DNA from: an uncultured bacterium
GTDB lineage: Bacteria > Verrucomicrobiota > Kiritimatiellia > RFP12 > UBA1067
Assembly (NCBI GenBank): GCA_902801025.1
Contig: CADCGZ010000012.1
Coordinates: 29,830-93,829 of the forward strand
Direction of reading: 5' to 3'
Length of the DNA: 64,000 bases
Position 1 is the stretch's first letter. Each line of letters begins with the position of its first letter. The position numbers and the translations under genes were made by a program. The notes beneath the pieces were generated by a model. That model saw only the letters and a list, made by a program, of their open reading frames with translations, did not search any database and was not told the DNA's origin. This document shows, in pieces, positions 10,901 to 19,677 of this stretch.

Positions 10901-13900
10901 GGCTGCGCCGCGCTGATACCTTCGTTCGCGTCGTTGCCGTTCGTCGCATCCACGTACCACGTGTCCGTCCACTTGGCGGAGAGCGTCACCACCGCGCCGT
11001 CGTTCGTCGCGATGTTGAGCACCTGCTGCCTGTTCGTGTAGGACACGGTCGCCGAGTCCCCTCCCGTCGTCCAACCCACGAATCCGAAGCCTTCCTTCGT
11101 GAACGCATTCGCCTTGAGGTTGACCGCCGTGTCGTATGTCGCCGCCTGGTCCGACATCGCACCTTCCGCGCCGTTCGGCAGGAAGCGGATCGTGTAGGCG
11201 TTCGGACGCCACACGGCGTAGAGCGCGAGCGTACCGCCCGTCGCGAGGTTCGAGACGGATGCTCCGTCCGCGTAGGCCGCGCTCGTCGCCTGCGGGTTCG
11301 TGGACCAGCCGAGGAACGTGTAGCCCGTCCGCGTGTAGCTTCCGTTCGACAGGTTCTGCGCCGTGCCGTAGGTGAAGCCCTGCGAGGCCATCGCGGCGCC
11401 CGTGCCGCCGTTCGCGTTGAACGTCACCGTGTACGGATTCGCCGTCCACACCGCGTAGAGGTTGACCGTCCCGTTCGCCGTCGCTGTCAGGTTGCTCACC
11501 ATCTGCTTGTTGGCGTATGCCGCATCCCCGTCGGCGGACGTCGCCCAGCCCTGGTACGTGTAGCCCGTGCGCGTGAACGCATTCGCCGTCAGCGCCTTCG
11601 CGGCATCGTAGGTGAACGACTCGTTCGCCATCGTCCCCGTGCCGCCGTTCGCGTTGAACTTTACCGCGTAGGTGTTCGCCTTCCAGACCGCGTACAGGTT
11701 GATTGTCCCGTTCGCCGCCGCCGTCAGGTTGCTCACCGTCTGCTTGTCGGAATAGACCTTGCTTCCCGCAGCCGTCGTCGCCCAGCCCTGATAGGCGTAG
11801 CCTGTGCGCGTGAAGGCGTTCGCCGTCAGCGCCTTCGCGACATCGTAGGTGAACGACTCGTTCGCCATCGTGCCCGCGCCCTTGTTGGCGTTGAACTTCA
11901 CCGTGTAGCCGTTCGCCTTGTAGGTCGCGGTCAACGTCACCGCGCGTCCCGGCATCTTGAACGTGGTAGAGGCGGACGTCTTGCTCGTCACCAGCGCGAC
12001 ATCGGCCGCAGCGCCCGTCCACTCCTTGAACGAGTATCCCGTCGGCGCGGCGTTTGCGACGATCGGCACCGTGGTGTTCGCAAAGCAGTTCGTACTGCCC
12101 TTGCCGCCCGCGACTGTCAGCTGGTACTTCAACCGATAACCGGAGTCGCTTGCACTAACTTTTCCGCGCTTGCCGTCGACCTGAGCCTGAACCCAAAGCC
12201 AATAGAGATTTGTCGTGTTCGCACTCGTGTGATACATGTTCGTCGTCGACCAATTCATCGTCACGGCATCCGAAAAGTTTGGCGTCTCACTCTTCCATAT
12301 CAAATATTTCTCCGCACCAGGCACCGCCGTCCATGTAAGGAGAATACCATCCGGATCCGTTCCGTCAGACGCCGCAAGGTTCACCACCTGGTTCTGGCTG
12401 AAGTTCGCGAAGTTAACGACGGCGCGGAAACCACGTAGCGTGTCGGTAAAATATGCCTGATTCCTCAATCTGTGTGCACCCGAACGGCAATGCGAGGAAT
12501 AATTACCCCAGGTACCACCACGTATGCTTCTCTCGGACCCAGTTTCTCGGCCTACAGGATCCGTTGCAGTACTTGAAGTTACGGTCCCAAACCAGTCGAG
12601 GCAGAACTCGCCCACATTACCGTGCATATCATAGAGTCCCCAAGCATTGGGCAGATACGAACCAACCTTCGCCGTTCCCGTCTCATCCGTACTCCCATTA
12701 TAGTCATACGAATTATTGTATGATCCGCTGTTGTAGTAGTAACGGCCCACTTCAGCCATGTTGGCATCAACACCGGAAGCAGTCGAAAGGTTCTTACCGG
12801 AATTGAGCGCCGTCGTCGTTCCTGCACGGCATGCATATTCCCACTGCGCCTCGGTCGGGAGGTCGAAGAGCCGCCCCGTTTTTGTACGTAACTTGCCCAT
12901 GAAGCTCGTCTCGTCAACCGAATTCATCTGCGGCCAGTACTTGCCCATGTCCGAGCCACGAATCTGGTTATAGCTGACGCTTTCGACAGGGCGTGTCGCA
13001 TAGCAAACCGTGTTCGAGAATGCGCTCGGACGATTCCCCATCACCAATTCCCACTGGCGCTGGGTCAGTTCGAATACGCCAATGTAGTAGGAATGCGTCA
13101 ACGTCACCTGATGCGGCGTCTCATCGCTATCCAACCGTCCAGCCTCGCCAGTCGGCGCACCCATCGTGAACGTGCCTGGGTCGATGCGGCGGAGAACGAG
13201 CTTCGTCGTCTTGTACTCGTCCGTCCAGCCGCCGGACGGGATGTCCGTGAGGTTGCTGACGGGATACGACGCCGCGTTCGGTCCGCCGCTCAGGTCGATG
13301 ACGAGATACGACTGCAGGTCGTCGTACTCCGCCGTGAACGAGAGGTTGCGCGTGGGCATCGTGAACGTGTTCGTCATGCTGTTGGCGTTCGCGAGCACCG
13401 AGACGTCGCCCGTCCAGCGCGTGAAGGCGTAGCGCGGCGAACGGTCCTCGGCCGCCACGGTCACCGTGTCGCCCTCGTAGTAGATCGCGCCGCCCGTGCC
13501 GTTCGCCACCTGGACGGTGAAGTTCGTGTCGTCCGACGCGGAATACTCGTACGCGCCGATATCGACCGTATTGTTGTCGATGCGCGCGTTCCCCGCGAAG
13601 TCCACCGTGTTCGTCACATACGCGTTGTTGCCCGCGTTGATGCACGGCGAGTTGTACCGCAGGCGGAAATCCCCCGCCTCCGCGCGGATGAACTGCGGAT
13701 CGTTCGTGTAGCAGTTGAAGGACATAACGCGAGTGTCGATTTCATTGTCCGTCCCAGCCGTATTGCCATAAACGATGCAATTGAAGTTGGTTGCGCTCGG
13801 CACACCGTCCCAAAGCTCGCTGCTCACACCGCCACCGCGGCCACCACAAGAATTGTCGTATATTGTGCTGTTTATCGCAATGGCGCTGGCTATGCCGCCA

Positions 13901-16503
13901 CCATTTTCATTTGGTGCCTTGTTTCCATATACAATGCAGTTCTGCAATTCTCCGCGGAACACACCGCCGCCCCAGCGTCCACATTCATTATCGGCGATAA
14001 TGCAATTATAGCACTTGCCGCTACTAGTGCCGCCGCCATGAATTGTTGATTTATTGCTCGTGATTTCCGAATCGTAAATAGTCGCACCATACGCACCGCC
14101 GCCCCAGCCATACGACTCATTGCCGACGATAACGCTTTTTATAACGGTGCCGGCGCGCACACCGCCGCCATGCTGCCATGAGACATTATTGGTGACAATA
14201 CAACCATAAAGGCTGCTTCCATTAACACCGCCACCGTGTTCCAGCGCCTCATTACACTGAAAAACACAATTCGTAGCGAAACCGCCATACACACCGCCGC
14301 CGGTTTTTTCCGCACGGTTTGAGATCACCGAGCAGTTGATCAACACACTGCCATTGGCACCCGCGCCACTTGCCTCGCACCTATTGTTGGAGAGCAGACA
14401 GTTTTCAAGCTGGCTACGATATGCGCCGCCACCATCGGCCTGCGCGTCGTTATCGCAAATCGTACAGTCATACATCACGGAGTGTGCCACGCCGCCACCA
14501 CATCCGCCAGCATGGTTAGATTTTACAACGCAATCGTACAGCGTACCGCCTGCAACACCAGCGCCGTTTATTCCGCTTGAAAGTCCGACAGAGCATCCAT
14601 TCAGCATGGTAAATCCGCGAACAACCGTATTGGTCTTATCGTTATTTCCACCCGCATACACGCACCGATTCGTCACCGCCGGATATCCACCGTCGATGAC
14701 CGTCGTCGCCGCGCCGTTCACCGACTGGATGGTGATTGCTAGGTTATCCGTGCGAATCGGTGCATACGTGCCATCCGCTACGAAGATCGTCATCCCGGCC
14801 ACCGACTTGTCGATCGCGTGCTGGATCGTCTTGAATGGATCATTCTCGCTCGCGCCCTCGTTCGTGTCGTCGCCCGACGTCGCATCCACATACCAACGGT
14901 CCGTCCACTTGGCGTAGAGGTTCACCGTCGCGTTCATCTGGTTGGTCAGGTTCAGCACCGACTGCTTGTCCGTGTAGGCGACCGTCGTTCCGTTCGCCGA
15001 GGTCATCCAACCGACGAAGGCATGTCCCGTGCGGGTGAAGCCGTTCGCCGTGAGCGTCGCGTTCTGTCCGTAGGTGCAGGCGAGCTGGGCCGTCGTGCCG
15101 CTGCCGCCGTTCGCGTTGAACTTCACGGCGTAGGTGTTCACCTGCCACACGGCGAAGAGGGTGACCGTGCCGTTGGCCGTCGCCGTGAGGTTGCTGACGG
15201 ACTGTCCGTTCGTGTAGGCCGCGCTCGTCGCGCCGCTGGAGGTCGCCCATCCCTTGAACGTGTAGCCCGTGCGCGTGAAGGCGTTCGCCGTCAGCGCCTT
15301 GGCCGTGCCGTAGGTGAACGACTCGTCCGCCATCGTACCCGTGCCGCCGTTCTTGTTGAACTTCACGGAATACGTGATCGGCGTCCACTGGGCCGTCACC
15401 GTCTTCGCGCCGAAGCCGCCGGCGGGGATGCTGGCGGGGTTCCAGCCGTTGAACACGTAGCCCGTCACGTTCGCCAGAGGGGTGAAGGTGATGGAGCTGT
15501 CGATGTTGTACTGCGCGGGGTTTGAGTTCGCCGCCCCCTTCGTGTTCGCGTAGGTGATGGCGTAGTACCCCGAATGCTTGAACGTGGCCGAGTAGTTGGC
15601 CGTCCCCGCCGTGTAGGTCAGCTTCCAGTAGTTCGTCTGCTCCGAGTTGGGCGTCCACGAATAGGCGCCCTTGCTCGAAAGCCCCGACACCGCCGTGCCG
15701 TTGACCTTGAGCGTACCCGACGACGCCCCGCCCCAGGCCGTATCGTAGGCGATGGATTCCGTCGTCTTCGCGACGCGCGTCCCCGTGCGCGTATCGAGCG
15801 CAACCGCCGAAGCCGCCTTCGCCGCCGACATGGATTTTACCGGGCGGAGCGGGAAACCATAAATGCGAGAAGTCGTATTCGTTGCACGCCAAACTCTATT
15901 TCCAGAACCAACCGTAATCCTCCGGGTTCCTACAGAATCTGCGGTCGCACTCCACAAATAAATCGTGTCGACTTTATTGGTCGTTGTACCATCGCCATAT
16001 CCCATCGCCGGAATGAATACACTGTTGCCAGCATAGAGACCTTTGCCTACAATTGTATAACCAACCACCCCATTGTTGGTCGTCCAGTTCCATGAACATA
16101 GCGCCAACAGATTTTCTATCTCGGATGCCTTCGGCACGCGCCAGTCGTCACCCCATTGCTGCGCCGCAGCATCGTAGGCAGGCAGAAGATTGCCGTCCGC
16201 GCCTACAACACCCATCGACTGCAGCTGCGCGAGCGACTTCCCGTATGTCGGACAGTTCGCCGTGCTGAAGCTAAAGTTGTTCACCGAACTGTCGCTTGCG
16301 ACCCATTTGGAGTTCTGCCACTTGTAGCCGAGCGTATCGCCCCACCAGAAGTAGTAGCCCGTCTCCGTAGGCGAGTTCGCGCCGACATTAGTCTTGGCCC
16401 ACAGCAGACCGTTCTCCCAGAGCTGCACGCCCTCGTGCGTCGCGCCAAAGACGCCACACACCCAGGCCAGCACCGCGCCAAGCGCCATAATCTTTCTTTT
16501 CAT
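7978..16503 (-). CDS. Giant modular secreted/surface protein (~2,841 aa)
   Basis: Signal peptide MKRKIMALGAVLAWVCGVFGA after AGGAAA. Domains in order: DUF1566/Fib_succ_major-like N-domain, InlB-B/Flg_new-type repeats (YTVKFNANGG), two beta-helix domains each ending in a choice-of-anchor-Q-like DIGAYE segment, an FGE-sulfatase domain (LPTEAQWEYACRAG, GLYDMHGNV), and Fn3-like repeats. Confidence 0.88.
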   Translation of the reverse strand: MKRKIMALGAVLAWVCGVFGATHEGVQLWENGLLWAKTNVGANSPTETGYYFWWGDTLGYKWQNSKWVASDSSVNNFSFSTANCPTYGKSLAQLQSMGVVGADGNLLPAYDAAAQQWGDDWRVPKASEIENLLALCSWNWTTNNGVVGYTIVGKGLYAGNSVFIPAMGYGDGTTTNKVDTIYLWSATADSVGTRRITVGSGNRVWRATNTTSRIYGFPLRPVKSMSAAKAASAVALDTRTGTRVAKTTESIAYDTAWGGASSGTLKVNGTAVSGLSSKGAYSWTPNSEQTNYWKLTYTAGTANYSATFKHSGYYAITYANTKGAANSNPAQYNIDSSITFTPLANVTGYVFNGWNPASIPAGGFGAKTVTAQWTPITYSVKFNKNGGTGTMADESFTYGTAKALTANAFTRTGYTFKGWATSSGATSAAYTNGQSVSNLTATANGTVTLFAVWQVNTYAVKFNANGGSGTTAQLACTYGQNATLTANGFTRTGHAFVGWMTSANGTTVAYTDKQSVLNLTNQMNATVNLYAKWTDRWYVDATSGDDTNEGASENDPFKTIQHAIDKSVAGMTIFVADGTYAPIRTDNLAITIQSVNGAATTVIDGGYPAVTNRCVYAGGNNDKTNTVVRGFTMLNGCSVGLSSGINGAGVAGGTLYDCVVKSNHAGGCGGGVAHSVMYDCTICDNDAQADGGGAYRSQLENCLLSNNRCEASGAGANGSVLINCSVISNRAEKTGGGVYGGFATNCVFQCNEALEHGGGVNGSSLYGCIVTNNVSWQHGGGVRAGTVIKSVIVGNESYGWGGGAYGATIYDSEITSNKSTIHGGGTSSGKCYNCIIADNECGRWGGGVFRGELQNCIVYGNKAPNENGGGIASAIAINSTIYDNSCGGRGGGVSSELWDGVPSATNFNCIVYGNTAGTDNEIDTRVMSFNCYTNDPQFIRAEAGDFRLRYNSPCINAGNNAYVTNTVDFAGNARIDNNTVDIGAYEYSASDDTNFTVQVANGTGGAIYYEGDTVTVAAEDRSPRYAFTRWTGDVSVLANANSMTNTFTMPTRNLSFTAEYDDLQSYLVIDLSGGPNAASYPVSNLTDIPSGGWTDEYKTTKLVLRRIDPGTFTMGAPTGEAGRLDSDETPHQVTLTHSYYIGVFELTQRQWELVMGNRPSAFSNTVCYATRPVESVSYNQIRGSDMGKYWPQMNSVDETSFMGKLRTKTGRLFDLPTEAQWEYACRAGTTTALNSGKNLSTASGVDANMAEVGRYYYNSGSYNNSYDYNGSTDETGTAKVGSYLPNAWGLYDMHGNVGEFCLDWFGTVTSSTATDPVGRETGSERSIRGGTWGNYSSHCRSGAHRLRNQAYFTDTLRGFRAVVNFANFSQNQVVNLAASDGTDPDGILLTWTAVPGAEKYLIWKSETPNFSDAVTMNWSTTNMYHTSANTTNLYWLWVQAQVDGKRGKVSASDSGYRLKYQLTVAGGKGSTNCFANTTVPIVANAAPTGYSFKEWTGAAADVALVTSKTSASTTFKMPGRAVTLTATYKANGYTVKFNANKGAGTMANESFTYDVAKALTANAFTRTGYAYQGWATTAAGSKVYSDKQTVSNLTAAANGTINLYAVWKANTYAVKFNANGGTGTMANESFTYDAAKALTANAFTRTGYTYQGWATSADGDAAYANKQMVSNLTATANGTVNLYAVWTANPYTVTFNANGGTGAAMASQGFTYGTAQNLSNGSYTRTGYTFLGWSTNPQATSAAYADGASVSNLATGGTLALYAVWRPNAYTIRFLPNGAEGAMSDQAATYDTAVNLKANAFTKEGFGFVGWTTGGDSATVSYTNRQQVLNIATNDGAVVTLSAKWTDTWYVDATNGNDANEGISAAQPFKTIQHAIDQSVAGMTIIVADGTYAPINSNNKSITIQSVNGAERTIIDGGNTAMCARLSGYSATASMTNTVLRGFTIQNGYSTPFDGGGVYGGSLYDCLVVSNRAARSGGGTCYSALYHCTVEGNSCGNSGGGSHSAMAYDCLFINNSCPTNGAGASGGVLVNCSVISNRAEKSGGGTYAAAVTNCVLQGNVALTHGGGAYGGSLYGCVVSNNTASVSGGGINSATVSKCVITDNECALISTGYGGGAYDSELENCLIYGNCATEGAGGGASRSVCRNCTIYDNRCGYNSGGTHAWLVDGVSVSTNYNCIVYGNSAGTSDNNIDSRMASFNSFTGNPRFVDAANGDFRLLGDSPCIDMGNNRYVSGETDIRGNARIQNGIVDIGAYEFTLPTGLGNVPVEGTDAAVPVEWLGAYGYVDEDSTPESLQSKMVQVGDNGIPLWESWVAGFDPWDPDSQLLADIHVGADGEVEVSWTPDLSNAEPKRHYTVMGKTNLTDTAWVIPVNEEHRFFKVTVTMGEPGVARDVVATAGTSAGDVSISWSAVDWAVGYNIYRSTVDNFSQATLLASTADTAYVDATALPGTWYYYWIVSVANGGEWMTSASAAGNRKIGVPRNVAASDGTSADWITVTWNAVEGAVSYRILRATTEFVEDAVEVGTSAGTSWMDLNAANGVTYNYWVVAVGASFEGEASASDVGYLRLAVPEGVTASNGGFADRVKIAWNAVAEASHYRVYRSASASGSKTPVSGWQTALNYSDTTAEPGVTYWYFVVAAADGEGRNASGYSAGAAGSLKIGAPTGVYATDGTSATGVTVSWNATPGAEGYKIYRGTSNNPDAAEVVSSVPAVPSVSFDDTTAAPGTLYFYWVTATNAVSESAKSAVETGFRSIPAPTGVTATTTSGAAAVTVSWQSVDGAAYYRVYRGTRTGSDYAVEIDTTTETTYADESGAADKTYYYSVKAVGTSCDSDFSDFVFGKR

Positions 16504-16543
16504 CGTTTTTTCCTTTCTAAAACCTTTCATGCCGCCTCCTTTG

Positions 16544-16579
16544 CTTTGAACTTTCGTGCGTCCGCACAAAAGTTCAAAG
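16544..16579. promoter_or_regulatory. Inverted repeat between the divergent giant-protein and ATPase genes
   Basis: ctttgaactt-tcgtgcg-tc-cgcacaa-aagttcaaag. Confidence 0.5.
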
Positions 16580-16599
16580 TCCCACTGTCAAGCAAGCCA

Positions 16600-16628
16600 T
16601 TGACGCCGCACGCCGAAAATGCTATCAT
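16600..16628 (+). promoter_or_regulatory. Sigma70-like promoter of the AAA ATPase gene
   Basis: TTGACG-17 nt-TATCAT with an extended TG. Confidence 0.6.
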
Positions 16629-16643
16629 ACCATCAAACTTCCA

Positions 16644-17888
16644 ATGCCAGACAAGGATTCTTCCATGTACGATAGCAAGATCAGGAGAAAATGGTTCGTC
16701 GACTGGCTCGCAAGATGGCGCGACAAAGACGTCATCAAAGTCGTGACCGGCATACGCCGTTGCGGGAAAACCACGCTTTTTGAGCTTTTCCGCAAACAAC
16801 TTGTTGAAAGCGGACTTGCCGCAGACAGGATAATCGCAATCAATTTCGAGGATCCCGACTGCGCCTCCTTCGCAGGCTGGCGCGAGGCATGGGAGTTCAT
16901 CAAGCCCAATATCAAGCCAGATGGCAGAACATACGTTTTTCTCGACGAGGTACAGAACGTTCCGGAGTTCGAAAAGCTCGTTGACGGGCTTTACTCCCGC
17001 AAGAATCTCGATGTCTATATCACTGGCTCGAACGCCAAGTTCCTCTCCGGCGAACTGGCCACGTTCCTCACCGGACGCTATGTCGAAATACGCCTCCAGC
17101 CACTTCACTTCACGGAATACATCACCCTGTTCCCCGACAGGGACGCGCATTCCGTATTCAACGACTTTCTGCGTTTCGGCGGCTTCCCGTTCGCCGCCCA
17201 GCTTGCCAACGGCTCGCGCACTCAGCTCGACTACCTCTCCGGCATCCTCGATACGGTTCTCTACAAGGACGTTATGGCCCAGAACGGCTACCGCGACGCC
17301 GCCACGCTCAAGCGCATCGTCCGTTTCCTCTTCGACAACATCGGCAATCTGCTTTCGGTGAACAAGATCGTCGGAATGTTCAAAAGCGAGGGCTTCTCCG
17401 TGCCCCACGCGACGCTGGACACCTACATCGACGCACTCTGCCAGACATTCCTCCTCGACAGGGTGGACCGTTACGACATCAAGGGGCGTCAGTATCTCAA
17501 GACAACGGCGAAGTACTACGTCGCCGACACGGGGCTTCGCCGCACCCTTCTTGGAACGAAAGGCGAAGACTTCGGCCATCTGCTTGAAAATGTCGTTTAC
17601 CGTGAACTGCGCCGTCGGTTCCGCGAAATCTATGTCGGGATGCTCAACAACGGAGAAGTCGATTTCGTGACGCTCGAAAACGGACTCCCCCTCTACTTTC
17701 AGGTGGCGCACACGGTCCGCGACGAAGCCACGCTCACGCGCGAACTCGCCCCGCTCCGCGCCATTCGCGACAACCACCCCAAGTTCCTGCTCACGCTCGA
17801 CAACGACCCGCCGCTCGACCATGACGGCATAAAGCGGATGAATGTTGTCGAATTCCTCCTCGACCCCAAGTCGCTGGAAACGCTGTAG
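16644..17888 (+). CDS. AAA+ ATPase, AAA_14 plus DUF4143 family
   Basis: GIRRCGKTT, FLDEVQ, ITGSN, GGFP, KYYVADTGL, LENVVY and EVDFV motifs. An alternative start at 16665 follows AAGGA. Confidence 0.92.
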   Translation: MPDKDSSMYDSKIRRKWFVDWLARWRDKDVIKVVTGIRRCGKTTLFELFRKQLVESGLAADRIIAINFEDPDCASFAGWREAWEFIKPNIKPDGRTYVFLDEVQNVPEFEKLVDGLYSRKNLDVYITGSNAKFLSGELATFLTGRYVEIRLQPLHFTEYITLFPDRDAHSVFNDFLRFGGFPFAAQLANGSRTQLDYLSGILDTVLYKDVMAQNGYRDAATLKRIVRFLFDNIGNLLSVNKIVGMFKSEGFSVPHATLDTYIDALCQTFLLDRVDRYDIKGRQYLKTTAKYYVADTGLRRTLLGTKGEDFGHLLENVVYRELRRRFREIYVGMLNNGEVDFVTLENGLPLYFQVAHTVRDEATLTRELAPLRAIRDNHPKFLLTLDNDPPLDHDGIKRMNVVEFLLDPKSLETL

Positions 17889-17889
17889 C

Positions 17890-18050
17890 AAACCACAGAT
17901 CAACGCAGACGCGCGGCGCGCGGTCTCTTGCGACTTTGCTTCGCAAAGCTCCTCGCTTCGCTCGTCGGGCAACCTGACGGCTTCGCCGCAGGCGCATCTA
18001 CGCTTGCGCCGTTCCGAGGCCCACAAAGCAAGGGGCATTCTGGCTGAGCC
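17890..18050. repeat. REP-like cluster of TTCG-loop hairpins between convergent genes
   Basis: ctttgc-ttc-gcaaag, ctcgcttcgctcg and cggc-ttc-gccg. Confidence 0.5.
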
Positions 18051-18055
18051 GTAAC

Positions 18056-18892
18056 TCACCCGTCCACCTCCCCAAACATCGTTATGCCAAACTCATTCAT
18101 GAACTTCAACACCGCCTTCAACGAGGGCGTCTTGCCACCCAACGTCTCAGCAAGGTAATTGAAGTTAATTGAATCCGTACAAATACTTTTTTCACGAACA
18201 AAATCCTTGAACGACTTATCCAAATCGCTCTTGTCTTTAAGTGCTTCTCCGTAGACACTTACGCTATGTGCAGCATCTTTTACGCACTCATCCAAAAATT
18301 GAGTGTCACCTAGTTTATTTGCTAGCACCAATGTTTCCACTGTTCTGTAAAGCGGCAGAACAATATCGCGATCTTTTGCATTTCCACTTTGAACTATATG
18401 AAGAAACTTCACCCATTCAAGTTTCATCGTAGAAGACGAGTGTTTCGCTTGCATCCGCTGAAATTGAGAATCAGATTTGAGAAGCTCACCAAGCCGACGT
18501 TTCAGATTACGAACTTCTTTCATCATTTTCTTTTCTCTCCAAACTGACAGAAGCGGAACAACAACTCCTAACAAGGCAACAAGTCCAGAGATTACCCAAA
18601 GTGAAATATTCAGCTGCAACATAAACCTATCATGTGCCGTCTTCAACTCCTCATACCGATCCTTATACTCTTCCTTCGCGTCATTCACGGCCGCCTTCAA
18701 TTCTGCCCTTACCGCCCTATCAAACGCCGTATCCCCTACCGGCGCCATGGTAACCACATTCACAGAAGCTACAGGTGGACACTTCTCCGCCGTCGCAACA
18801 ACAGCATTCGTATCTGCCACCACCGCGAAATTCACAGCTGTTACTGCGAACACAATCAATATCATTCTACTTCTGCTCTTAAGAAATGACAT
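18056..18892 (-). CDS. Hypothetical membrane protein (signal peptide, coiled coil, one TM helix), low GC
   Basis: 278-aa ORF with AAGGAG RBS; hydrophobic segment ISLWVISGLVALLGVVVPLLSVW. Confidence 0.7.
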   Translation of the reverse strand: MSFLKSRSRMILIVFAVTAVNFAVVADTNAVVATAEKCPPVASVNVVTMAPVGDTAFDRAVRAELKAAVNDAKEEYKDRYEELKTAHDRFMLQLNISLWVISGLVALLGVVVPLLSVWREKKMMKEVRNLKRRLGELLKSDSQFQRMQAKHSSSTMKLEWVKFLHIVQSGNAKDRDIVLPLYRTVETLVLANKLGDTQFLDECVKDAAHSVSVYGEALKDKSDLDKSFKDFVREKSICTDSINFNYLAETLGGKTPSLKAVLKFMNEFGITMFGEVDG

Positions 18893-18910
18893 ATTAGCAC
18901 GCTCCTTATT

Positions 18911-19198
18911 TCAGAACTCTTTACAATCTGGCATTTTCGATACTGACTGCTTCATTCTATCAATCTCTTTAATCCCAATTTCTGTCAATCGGTACTGATT
19001 AACACCAACTCTTTCTGCAAATCCAAATTCTATTTGCTCAATTAATTCATCCGCCTCAAAAGGATCAATGTTAAATTCCTGCATAATCTCATTTCTGGAC
19101 GTCGTGACAACGTTTCGGTTATCCATGTGAAGTGACATGAACCACAACAAGTGACCAACATGTGGTCCACAACTTGCAGCTTGGTGTTCTCCATTCAT
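18911..19198 (-). CDS. Small hypothetical protein, possibly winged-helix, low GC
   Basis: MNGEHQ start after AAGGA; C-terminal GFAERVGVNQYRLTEIG resembles a wing motif. Confidence 0.55.
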   Translation of the reverse strand: MNGEHQAASCGPHVGHLLWFMSLHMDNRNVVTTSRNEIMQEFNIDPFEADELIEQIEFGFAERVGVNQYRLTEIGIKEIDRMKQSVSKMPDCKEF

Positions 19199-19274
19199 TG
19201 ATTGAATCCTTCTTGAAATGATTTGCATTTACTGGTTTATACTTCAAACCACCCAGTCTTTCAGGCGATCGCTC

Positions 19275-19607
19275 TTACCATCCTTTTAGACGATCATTGA
19301 CAATACGAAGCTTTCTCTTCGCTCCATCAATAACCTCTTGTGAATTATCTGCATATTCCGCATCACCAACAACACTCACACAGGCTTCAATCGCAACAAT
19401 TGCATTTTCAATGTCACCATAGAAATCATTGACAGTATTTTCTTCAAGCACCTGTGGGCGTAGTTCAGTTAGAAATATCTTCGCCCTTGCAAACAATTCT
19501 ATGAATTTAGATGTTGTGACAATACTTTTCACAGCATCTTCCTGCAAAAACATTTCTTCAAGGGCCCTAAATGTCTCTTTGATTTCTTTTCGCTTTTCTT
19601 TTGTCAT
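19275..19607 (-). CDS. Small helical hypothetical protein, low GC
   Basis: MTKEKRKEIK start after GGAG; 110 aa. Confidence 0.6.
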   Translation of the reverse strand: MTKEKRKEIKETFRALEEMFLQEDAVKSIVTTSKFIELFARAKIFLTELRPQVLEENTVNDFYGDIENAIVAIEACVSVVGDAEYADNSQEVIDGAKRKLRIVNDRLKGW

Positions 19608-19677
19608 CGTTGTTTCTCCGTAATTGTCTTGGCAACACCGCCTCCCAAAAGATCTGTTTGGAGTAGTCTCTTTTATG

